Assembly (NCBI GenBank): GCA_964187785.1
Contig: OZ076409.1
Span: 54,748,001 to 54,812,000, forward strand
Direction: 5' to 3'
Length of the DNA stretch: 64,000 bases
From: Amphiscolops sp. MND2022
Taxonomy: Eukaryota
Under the pieces are notes generated by a model that did no database searches, was not told the origin of the DNA, and worked only from the letters and a program-made list of their open reading frames with translations. Positions within the stretch are counted from its first letter, which is position 1, and each line of letters begins with the position of its first letter. The position numbers were made by a program, and so were the translations under genes. Of the stretch, positions 25,067 to 35,900 are shown one piece after another.

Positions 25067-28000
25067 TTAGTCTTTAGAGGACCCTTGAACGGCTTTCTTG
25101 GATGCAGACGAAATTGTAGAACTGCTGCTACCTGCTCGCTTCCTCTGCTTCTTGGAAGGCACCTTTATAGCTGAATCATCAGGGATGGACGAGGCAGTAT
25201 CCTTTTCTATCCGGACAGAACGAGTAGAAGGAACAGCAGTAACGGCCTTATAGGAAGTGAGAAGACTCTTGAGATCTTAGACCTACCAAACTCATCCACA
25301 AGGGTCCACGGATCGTAGTCAGCAGAGAAAGCAGAACGCTCGGAAGAGGAACTGAGAACTGAGAACTTCTCCAAATTGACATCCGAGCAGCAATGGGAAA
25401 TGGAATTGGGCACACAGGAAAGGTAACTCTGGCAAGGCACCACTAGATCGGCAAACGGCCCTGACACCCCGTTGTGTCAACACTCCCGAACAGTACTGGG
25501 GGATATTGGGGGCTAACACTAGTCAGACACAAGCAGCAGAGTTTGAACAGATAGAACAAGTGCTCATGAGTTTGGAAAAACTCAAGCCCCATTAAAAAGT
25601 CTATAAGATCGACGGAATTCTCCATCAGATCGAAATCTGGAGGATAGTTGACTCGGAGGTAGTCCAACAGGGCCAGATATTCGTCTCGACAACTGTTCTC
25701 GTTGGCGCTAGTGACCCATGATCGAAGCTGGAAAGTAGAATATAGCACATCGAAGTGCCGGAGCCCGACCTCAGAAGGCCTTTTGAAAAGCACGAAGGGA
25801 TCAAAAGCAGCCAACCCCTTTATCACTTCAGAGCTCAGACCAGCTTGACTAAGGACTTGTTTGACTAGATATTGAATGAATTGCAACGCCTCTTTGACAA
25901 AGCTGCTGGTCGTTTCTGCAGCCGTCTTCTCGATACGGCCTTCTCCGATTTCTTGTTCAGGTGTGTGACTTCTGCACTCTGTTTACTAGCTGTAGCTATC
26001 CGGTTTGTGAGACGGTGCCGGATAAGGAAGTCTTCCTCACTCATGAATTTGCCCTCGCTCACCTTAAACCCGAGAAGGAGGAACCACGAGTTCTCGAGGG
26101 GAATGATTTCTGGCAAATAACATCGGGCGCACAGTTTTGAAACAAAGCGGCAAACCTCCCCACAGAGGAAGAACGACGCATCACGGCGGCCCTGCAGATT
26201 GATGGCGAAACTGGTAACGTCTGAAATACAACAGTCGTGATTATGAGAGGAATAGGATATACAAACGAGACAATGTTGATAGTGATTCAACAACTCAAGG
26301 ACCTAAATTATCGGAACGACGTCTTAGTGCACTGACGTGGAATGAAACCGTATACTCACAATCGCTAATTATACGTTGGAAGAATTCCAATTTAGCGACG
26401 AAGAAGAAGTCACAGATGATGGACCACTCGAAGCTTTGGACCTGATTGTGGACTCCTTGCATTCCTTGGTGAGGGGTGTGCGTAGTCAAGTACTGTCTGA
26501 TTGCCTTCCAATTCTTCACAAGTTCTCGGCAAAGACTGGGGAGGCTTGACAAATCTAGTTTTCAGGTGTCGATGGCCTTAAATGAACCAAATTGTCTCTC
26601 AACTGCACCTACCTTCAAACCTCTAACTACATGAGTGAACTCAATATACTTACTCTTCCCAGATCAGGAGATTCCAGAACCCAGTCCTCACCAGTAGCAG
26701 CTCCCAATGAAACGATCAGGCACTTTAGGACAGAGAAAAAGTCGATCCGTCCAAACACGCTGTAGGTGGGCTTGTGCATCATCTTCTGAAGCTGCAGCTG
26801 CTCAAAACGAAAGCAACTCTGTACTGCTCGGGGAAAGAACTCATTGTGATCTATGGTTTGGATCAACTCTACCGGACATCCCGAACAGGCGACGATATCG
26901 GCTTTGGTTGAAACCACAAATAGTAGTCTGGATATCGAACCCAAGTCTCCAGTCAGATCAGCGGAGGGAAGCCCACATCGGCACACAAAGACGCGACAAA
27001 GAGAATCGCCTTTCCAGAACTTGATAGACATGAGCCTGTTCACGCCCACATTCTCAAATTCGATAGCGAAGCATTGGGTGGTAGCAATTTGCTCTGCTAA
27101 TTCACTCATGGCACAATTGAAAATGTGTTGGATTATGGTCTAAAGAAGAAAAAGACAATTATGAAATGTGTAGGGAATCTATACCCTCCCTGAGTAAATG
27201 TTAGCCTGAAAGGGAACCTACCGAAATTCGTTCTTCCCCCAGTCAAAGTCGCAGTAACTGGTTTGATAGTTCGTCAGAGATCCTATCTGAGCCCATAGTC
27301 TGCGGAGTACTCCAAGATCACCGTGAGTTTGCACGAAGTCTCCAATGAGGTGTATTTGTGTCTTGGCCCTCGACGCAGGAGTGACGAGTGTGGTTGACGT
27401 CCCTTTCACGAAGTCGTCGTAGAATGGGAAGCGTTCTCCGATGTCTATTAGTTCGACGTGTATAAATTTGGGGAGTTCTTTCGCCAGCTCAATCTTGGTG
27501 AGGATCTTGCCGTTCCGCCCTCTGACCCGATGCTGCACTTTCCCAGTCACTGGATCAACGCTTTTGAGGTGTTCATAGCGCCGCCTTTGATCACGTCTGA
27601 GGTGTTTCTCAGTTCTGTGGTGACGCAGGATCTCCAGTGTACCCTTGGTCTTCACAGAAATATTCTTCTTACATACATGGCACCACACCATATAAGGATT
27701 GTGAAGGGGATCAGCTGGCCCGGAGATGAACGATCGGGTCCAGCCAATTTTGGAGAAGAATTCCTCCTTCATGGGAATGCCCCGTGTATGGCCGCGCCGT
27801 TTCTTCTTGGGCAATTTGCCTGAACTCGAAACTAGAGGTTGTGCTGGGGCCGTCTGGGTACGTCATTCGGAGAGCGTGGCGTCGAGACTGGATTGATCAG
27901 TGGACTCAAAACCTGCTTGGGTAGGGTCAGCTCGAGAAGGTGGAACGCGGCTGAAAGGTTCCTTGAAAGCCTGTGAGATGACTGCCATCTCACCAGAACT

Positions 28001-29227
28001 GTCAGTTTCGTTGAAAGATTCTAACCCTCTACTTTCTTGGCCAGCACTGGATCCTTCAGAGGTGTCAGTCCCTGATCCAGAACAGTATTCAGCCCGCGAA
28101 CTATCTTCCGAATCACTTTGCAGCCCTGGGCCGGGAGTTTGAGCCCTTGGTCGGATCTTGAAGTGGTCAGTTCGGGCACTGGAAGTGACGGGGGCCCCCC
28201 TAACCGCTCCGATTACCATCTGCTCCATGGTGGAGTAGGACATCTTCAAGGTCTCGTCTGTAAGGACCCTTAGGAGATGATAGATTTGTGGCTCCGTGAA
28301 CGCCACAGTTCTATGACCGAGCGGGAAGGTGATAGTGCTGGCATCATCATCGAAATACTGTTTCAAAACGGCCCTACTACGGCCGGAAAGCTCCCTGATC
28401 TTGGGGTCCTGAGCTGCTGAAGTGGAAGGACGCATGGAATCAGGAATTGCAGCGAAAGTATCAGTTGATGACCCTTCTCCTGCTGTGTCTGCTACGTTAC
28501 CTATTGGCAGGTAGGCGTACAATTGAGGAGCACTAGCCTGGCTAGATGTGTCACCGGCTTCTTCGGTTCCAGTCTCATCGCCCAACCACCTGACTTTTGG
28601 TGTTCCTGTTGGCAGCTTGGGGACATCACATAGGGAAGAGCTTTCGTCCGTTTCAACCTGGAGAAATGAGGCTGCGGACATTTCGGCAGGAGTCACGTTA
28701 GTGGGCAACAATTCCGGTAATATAGTCCTCGAGGAAGGAGCAATCGTTAGTCCAGTCTCTAACTGAGTCAAATTGAGCTCGTCGGTCTCACCGGCTACGC
28801 CTGGGGTAGGGGTACTAGTACGAAAGAGCGGCGTAGTAACCTGTGCCTCGATCCCCGTGGAAGAAGGACCCTCAGTTATACCTCTCCCGGTCTCTTGTTC
28901 TCCTCTCTCAGGGTTCTCCGCAGTATGTCCCTCTGATTGCTGTTGGGCCTGTTCGAGGAGCTGAAGCTTTTCGTCGGCATAAGATGTTACGTCGACGTTG
29001 CTGTCTGTACTGCTGGGAGACCTTGGTGGCTTTATTGGAGGAAAAGGAGGAGGAGACAATTGTGATCCACGGACGGTGGAGGACGTACCCACAGAAACAA
29101 TCGTTTGTGTATGTTGGTCGAGAATGTCCGCTGCAGAGTTGGTTTGTGTTTGCGGTTCGTCTCCTGGCTGGTTTGCTAAACAAAAGGAGATGAAATTTGG
29201 CGGTGAGCTTCCTTGGAAAAAATCCAT
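25067..29227 (-). pseudogene. Antisense 4-exon gene of element B: BED-finger, inactivated hAT-transposase-like protein (~1290 aa reconstructed)
   Basis: Exons 29227-27222, 27139-26654, 26576-26360, 26220-25067. Donors GTAGGT/GTAAGT/GTGAGT. Finger WCHVCKKNISV..GTLEILRHHRTEKH. Collinear with C 40523-44447. Premature stops at 27863 and ~26563. Confidence 0.8.
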
Positions 29228-30277
29228 TTTACCGCATTAGAAAACTTCCGGAAGTGTTTGAAAATCTGAACGAAACGTGTTATCACGCGTTTACTAATGG
29301 AAACAGGAAGCATATTGTGAACGGATTTAACCCTGATCAAGTTAGATTTAGTTCAAAAATAAAACAAACCAACCTTCAGACGAAGACATTCTGGGGCAAG
29401 ACTGATTGTAGGGAATGAGTCCTTGTTCGGCTGTAATGGATAAGGGAACTTGGCCGAGTCCGGCTGAAGAAGGAGATCCGGGATATTCCAAAGAGAAGAG
29501 CTGACGGAAGAAGAGCTGGACGTACAAGGATGAATCTCAGTTGGAAGAATACAAATAAAAGAAACAAATGTAGAGTAATCAGAAAAGGAATTGGATTGGA
29601 ATTTTAATGTAAAAGAATTGAAGAGTTGGAGTTCGTGGCTGAAGAATATTACCAGACTAATATTATGGATTATCTACATATTTATTCTGTACATGGAGTC
29701 TGCCAGCGAAGTGTACAAAGAACTTTATTATTTACAGCTTATTTAGTTAGAGGCCGGTTATGGCCGTTTACCCTGTTTTGTTTTGCCGTTTTGTCCAGTT
29801 ACCCTAGTTACCCTTAGCTAGAATTTTCGCCATCTTGAATTATTTGGATTTATTAGTTTCGCCATTTTTATTATTTAATTTTACAACTTATCGAAGCTTA
29901 ACGCTGATTGGCTGAAGTCATTTTGAAGGAATTCCGCGTCGCGTGTCGTTAATTGCTATCAGGCAAACCGTTAATTACCCACTTGAAACGGATGAAGATA
30001 ATATTTACAACTCAAGCGTCATTAACACCTCTCAGAGTGATGGTGCTGATGGGGGGTAAACACTGAGTTATCAAAGGATGCCGACTAATTATAAAATTCC
30101 ATTCAGGAATGTTTACGTCGGATCAGGGCGATTTACCGATAACTCGACCGCCAAAAACGAATTGCCGGGAAAAGGCCCGAGTCGACTAAATTTTTGAGTT
30201 GGTAAATTCATTCCACTTTGAAATCTCACTCAAGCTAGTTAACTTTCCCAATCAGCAAAATTGCCAAGAAACTCATA
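29228..30277. promoter_or_regulatory. Putative internal divergent promoter of element B
   Basis: Non-coding spacer between head-to-head ORFs, with sequence conserved in C 39495-40520. Contains ATTGG boxes and GGCC-N6-GGCC. Confidence 0.5.
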
Positions 30278-31063
30278 ATGCAGAGGTATAACCTATCTAA
30301 AAAGCTCTTTGATCTTGAAGAAGACTCAGAAAGTTCAGTAGATTCAGTTATCTACATCTCAAGTGACAGTGAGAATGAAGTCTCAAGTTCCTGGGACTCA
30401 GACTGGTCCACGGATACAGAAGAGATCATAGAAAGAATAGAACGAGAGGTGAAAGCTGCTCCAATCCCTATAGCGAGACGCGGGATGACGACGGAAAATT
30501 TAGAAGACGAGATGACAGCTGGACCAAGCAGTGCATGGCATGTTCCGCCCTCTACCCCTAAACTAGGATTCGAGTATTTTAACAAGGAAATGTGCTTGGC
30601 CCCATCGAAAAAACAAAGAAAATCAAAAGTCGAGCTCTGTGCAACTGTATTACCCGTTCTGGAGTCCCCACAGTCTCCTCCTGACCATGAAAGAGGACCG
30701 AGCATTGACACCCCTCTTGCGCAGTCAACCTCTGGATCTTTCTATGCGTCCTATCATGTGCAAAATATCGAGCCTTACCAGGATGTGAGCCAAAATTTGC
30801 ACACAGGCTGTATGGTATGTGGCAAGTCGAGAGATCAAATAAAAGCAGAAAAGGTGAACTGGTACATGCAAAGATCGACACCTAGCAGTGAGCCCGCTTA
30901 TATTACCGCCCTACGACGAGAGGCTTATGAAAATGGCTTGAACGCAGGAAGCTTACTTTTCCTAACACCCGCAGTGTCGCAGGCTGCCGCCTGTGATGGT
31001 ACAAGGATCACTACTACCGCAGAAGGACAAGAAATAGCGGCCGGAACTCTACCAATATATTAG
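30278..31063 (+). CDS. Sense accessory protein of element B (261 aa; acidic N-terminus, SIM-like VIYISSDSE, CxxC)
   Basis: Intact ATG ORF, clearly homologous to C 38700-39490. The last ~29 codons lie in the 3' LTR. No env-like transmembrane segment is visible. Confidence 0.8.
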   Translation: MQRYNLSKKLFDLEEDSESSVDSVIYISSDSENEVSSSWDSDWSTDTEEIIERIEREVKAAPIPIARRGMTTENLEDEMTAGPSSAWHVPPSTPKLGFEYFNKEMCLAPSKKQRKSKVELCATVLPVLESPQSPPDHERGPSIDTPLAQSTSGSFYASYHVQNIEPYQDVSQNLHTGCMVCGKSRDQIKAEKVNWYMQRSTPSSEPAYITALRREAYENGLNAGSLLFLTPAVSQAAACDGTRITTTAEGQEIAAGTLPIY

Positions 31064-32911
31064 AGGTAAACATTAAAAACACAAACTTTGCTATTATTTT
31101 TTAGTCTACAAGTTGTACCTGTTATCGTTGCGAATTTTACACTTAGTATATAGTTTGTTGATATTAGTCCGTTAATGCCAACATTTGAAAATTCAGATGC
31201 TGTATTGATAATTGTAAGAGCTAGAAGTGCAGTATGAACACGCTGTTATAGCAATAGATAGGCAGCTAGAAAGCGTAAAGGAAACGAGTTCAAGTGAACG
31301 TAACTCCAGTTCCGGAGACGTCACTTGAGCTCAACCTGTTAGCCAATCATATTCATCCATTTGAGTAATAGTAGTGCTGTATTTATTTAATGGCCGGTTT
31401 AGGCCATATGCCGGAATTTCACCTTTATCTATTGGCGCTTTAGTCAAACGGCCGGTTCCGGCCTTAATGTTCAGATGAAAGAATGTTAATGCGAGCACTG
31501 TTGTGTTTCGTTTAATAGTAGTCTAATCACGTTGCTGTACTAATTAAACGTTCATCTTAGCTAATTGGCGCTTTATTTTATCCATTCCAATATTAGGCCG
31601 AATAAGGCCATTTGCCTGACTTCTATTCTCCGTTGCTGTGACCAATTGGACAGTGGCCGGTTGAGGCCCCTTTTCAATACTATTATTCAGATGCTAATTA
31701 CAATCATTTAGTGTACTTTAAATGTCATGTATAATTACAAGTACGTCGTAAAGACTCATGTAACTCTTGAAATTAATTGGTGTAATCAATACCAATGTAT
31801 GATGTTGCTACCAATATTAGTCCAAAGGACATGTCTGGCCATATTTACTAGTTGACACGTGGAATCTGTGTGCATATTATATAAAGGAAAATATGTGCTG
31901 TTACATGTAACATTGCTGTATACAAGTTGATCTAGCCTGCTAACGGGGCACGTGCCGACACGAGATTGTCAGCATTCCTGAAATATTAGCGGCGTAAACA
32001 TTTTAATCGATGCTATTTGATGTACCGTGTGCCTTTTGAATACTTGTTATAGTTGTCAAAACAGGAATTTGATCGGCCGCGTGACCTTACGATCACGATT
32101 CGGCGGCACTTTGATGCTTGCATAGTCGAGTTAAGTCAGGTGCTTTCGGAATGTGTTTGTAACATTTTTTGGCTGTTTGCATCATGTTTATCCCGCCCAA
32201 GGAAGTATATAGGGGCAACTTCCTTTGGGTGGACACAATTTTGTTTTGCTCCTGATATTCAGTTAATAACACTTTCTCGTTAACAACCATCAATCCTGTT
32301 TTCCGGTTTTAATAATTTAACTTTTCAACCCGGTTTAGTCTTAATGCCTACTACTAGAAAACAAAAGAAGGCAAGGAAATCTAGAGGATTAGAGATTCTC
32401 TCTGATATTGAAAACCTTGACATAATGTTAGGTGAAAATCACTTCAATGACATGAGGAGAGACGAAAGCCTCGATGGAACTTCCATTAGAAGGCAGGAAA
32501 GTGTTACAAGCAATAACTTAGAAAATGAGGAAATGAATCTCCATTCTGATCACAGGAATCCCGAAACTGGGACTAGTGCCGGTTACGACCGAACCACAGC
32601 GAGTATAGATTCTCAAGCTGAGATCAATAAGTTATCGTGTGAACTAAACTCTAGAATATCTAGGGAGATGGATGAGATGATGAACAGCGTTAGTTCTCAA
32701 ATCCAGAGAGCCATAAGTGATGCCTTCAATAACCAAGTTTTGCCACAAACTCAAAACGTTATTATGGCCGGTTCAGGACAAGAGACTAGAAGGGGATGGG
32801 AGAGATCCGACGAGAGACCGGAAAGTTATTCCGAAGTTCAGTATAACGCGAAAACTAGAACTACCTTCAATAATGAACACGGTGATAGAATACAGCGTAA
32901 TGTTCATGACA
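30975..32911 (+). repeat. 3' LTR of element B (1937 bp)
   Basis: Matches the 5' LTR with few differences and is followed by TSD CTACA. Confidence 0.96.
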
Positions 32912-32919
32912 CTACATAA
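32344..32919 (+). CDS. LTR-encoded Gag N-terminal ORF (191 aa) in the 3' LTR
   Basis: Uninterrupted copy of the first 189 gag codons, stopping 8 nt into flanking DNA. Expression unknown. Confidence 0.55.
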   Translation: MPTTRKQKKARKSRGLEILSDIENLDIMLGENHFNDMRRDESLDGTSIRRQESVTSNNLENEEMNLHSDHRNPETGTSAGYDRTTASIDSQAEINKLSCELNSRISREMDEMMNSVSSQIQRAISDAFNNQVLPQTQNVIMAGSGQETRRGWERSDERPESYSEVQYNAKTRTTFNNEHGDRIQRNVHDTT

Positions 32920-35900
32920 TTACACTTCCGAACAAAGGGATACCCTTGAGACTCGAAACTCACCTTTTCTTTCATTGGACACAAAAAAAAACGAAACAGA
33001 AACTGGATCTTTTCTCGAAGCTTTCTTTTTTTCCAGAACAGTCACATCCATGTAACACCGAAAAACCCAAAAAGGAATATTTATACTCGACCAACTGTTT
33101 TGGTTTTCCTAAGTGAAAACGTCAAAAAAAAGACTACATCTTAGTCAAATGAACACGTTTTCAAAAAGAGTCTCACTTGACTAGGCCAAGTTGAGGGAGC
33201 AAGGTCGCACACATGACAGGATTTATATGCTAGTTTGTAATTGGAGGTCATTGGGCGACTCTCTCAACATTAGAACTATCGTCTGTTACTTAAATTACTT
33301 TAGAATGTGAACTTCGGACAAGATGATGAATTATTTGTCGTTGGTGGCAAAGAATGTTTAGTCAAATTATAACTAGATGCGACAGCTATTCCATAAAACG
33401 AGATTTAAACATGAAAGTAGAAGCATGAAAACACAAGTTACCGACGCCCCGTATGTGAAGCAAATGTCAAGTATGATACAATGTCATGATGAAACCACCC
33501 GAAACACGATGAATAAGCTCAGTTGATGCGTCGAGGCGCGGGCAAGAACCTTGGCTCAGCAAAAAGAACTGCTTCGTCGCTAACATTGTGAGCTAGAGAT
33601 TGAGTTTGCACAAGTCGAGATTTGTGGTTTCACCTTTGACTCAGTTGGCTGAATCGCAATTAGATGTTAGTTAGTGATTTTTGTCAAAGAACCAGATTTG
33701 ACTTTCTTTATAAAAAGTAAAACGTACATTACTTCAACTTTCTTAGTCAATTCAAGAAAGTCGAATAACTTGGGGCAACGGGAGAATTTTTGCGTACACG
33801 ACAGAAAAAGCCAAACTCGATGTCAGAAACTTTGAAAATTTTGTTCAATGGACTAGATTTTGACGATTTTAGTCATAATCAGCTGATCGCTTTCGTGTCT
33901 TTAAAAAGACCTGCCAGCTGAATCAAAGAGGCCTAGAACGACACAGTGCGAAACCCAGACCCGCTGTACGAAGACGAAAAGAGGGAACCGGAAAAGTGCG
34001 AACCACGCCAGAAAATAGACTCAATTTTGCTAATTACACCAATAAGGACTTCTGTTTCATCCGGCGCTTTTTTTACGATGTTGCTACTAATTGTTGCAAT
34101 TACTCGAAATGAGTCTGTTCGCCTAAACAGGCATCTGTGCTTTTGTTCTTGTTAGTTGTGCCGTACAAATACCAGATATCTTGATGATATATCTCGTCAG
34201 CTTTTTTGTCACTGTGATCTGTGATGATAAAATTTACTTTTGCCACCACCGTCTTTTTAAAAGGCTATCTGAGTGGTAATTTCGAACGAAAAGCGTAATT
34301 CAGACTACTGATAGCAAATAAAGACTGGACCAAGTCGACGAGCACTCCACACGAGGCGGAATCGTCCTCTGACGGGACAGTTTTTAACCCAAGGAGGCTA
34401 AATGGGTTCATGGTAATAATCGCCTGTCCCGGGCAAATATCCATACCATGTGCTCGACCATCTCTATAACTGAGTTCCGGCAATTGTGAGATCTTGCCGT
34501 TGCAAAACACCTTTTCGACATTTATACTAAAAACTTTGTTTGGTGTTAGTCATAACGCGACTAGTTCCGCAATTGTAAAGATATTTATAGAATTCTGTCA
34601 GTCGATTGGTCTAAAAAACATCTACTATGGTCTGCATTTTCTACGAAAGCGCACAGTAAAATCAAGACGGAGCCGTCTCCAGTCTTTGCCATGTTTAAGC
34701 CTCAACAAGTTGGGACCGGCCCAGGTCGGCGCCATATCTAAGACTCAAAAGTAGCAAAAGGACTTCAAAGTGTCAAAGTATTCTCTTCTACAGTACCTGA
34801 AAACCCCAAAACGTTGGACCGAATCGGCGCCTACTAAAAATACGGAGACTTTTGAATATGCTGTGGTGGTTCTTGAAAATCTTGCAGTGCAAAATATATC
34901 CAAAATAGGTCTTACAGATTTGAAAAACGCTCCTCCTAAATTTAGAACCTTGAAAAACGAAACAGTTTTTTTGAATTTCCGCTCAGTGTTGCAACGTTTT
35001 TGAAAACACTTTGAAAAATCTTCCAGTGCGGAAATCCACAAAGGGTGCATATTCTAGAAAAAAGCTTTTCATAACTTGAAACAAAAACCTGAGAGAGGCA
35101 GTTTTAGCCAAATGTATAACTTTATTTGAAAACTTGCAAACCGGTTTGCCAAAAAAATAGCATGCCAAAAAACCCCAGATGCTAAATTTTTTCAACGCCA
35201 ATTAACCAATGATCAAATCAATGGCGAAATTCTTTAAGCAATATATTTCAATCAATCTGTAAAATTCTATTAAGATTTTTTTACTTTGTCTGTGAATTTG
35301 TCTGCAACTTTTTCCTGAGCACTTTTTTGACCAAGAAATAGAAATAATGGTGCCACTGCGGCTTTTTTCAAGCTAAATCACATCCATGTGCTTTTTTTCT
35401 GTATTCAGAGCGAATCAGTCATAGCACAAGTTTTATTTTGTCTCTCACTTTTTTTGTCAGATTTCATGTACCGTTAATGACGCCTCCACTTTGCATAATT
35501 TCTTTCGGCAGATGCTTGTAGTAATGTCCAGGCTTTTGAAGTTTTATCTTGAGTACATTGTATTTATGTTTTATAAATTGAACAATCACATTAAAGAAAT
35601 CATGTTGTCTACAATTACTCAACTGTCTACTTGCAGCATCCTTTGTTTTTTGTTATGGAGAAATTTTTTGGATGCGAGCGGCGCTAATGGTCGTCATTCA
35701 CATAGAAGTGACGTTTCACCGCCACGCGTGGGTTTTAGAAGATGTCTTGCCCAGCCCACCGAGCATTATCAACGCTCGCTCATGTGTTTAATCGAAACTA
35801 AACTGTCAATTGTTGGTAATTCCAGAATAGCTGGCGGTTTTCCAATGCCTTCATCAAAAAATCGTAAACGTGACTTGACAGTACGGAGAATATACTCTAT

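Larger units (their letters stand above)
16566..32911 (+). mobile_element. Full-length Ty3/Gypsy LTR retrotransposon, element B (16.3 kb)
   Basis: Near-identical LTRs with TG...CA termini, 5-bp TSD CTACA at 16561-16565 and 32912-32916, PBS, gag-pol. Confidence 0.97.

Noticed and set aside
25067..29227. Independent nested hAT transposon insertion
   Set aside because: Same position and orientation in three diverged elements, no TIRs or 8-bp TSD seen, and catalytic motifs are absent.
30950..30974. Splice acceptor exactly at the 3' LTR edge (pyrimidines, CTAAC, CAG)
   Set aside because: The AG is not conserved: C has CTG and A has CCC.
30278..31063. env gene in the canonical position
   Set aside because: No signal peptide, furin site or transmembrane helix is visible; the protein is acidic and looks disordered.
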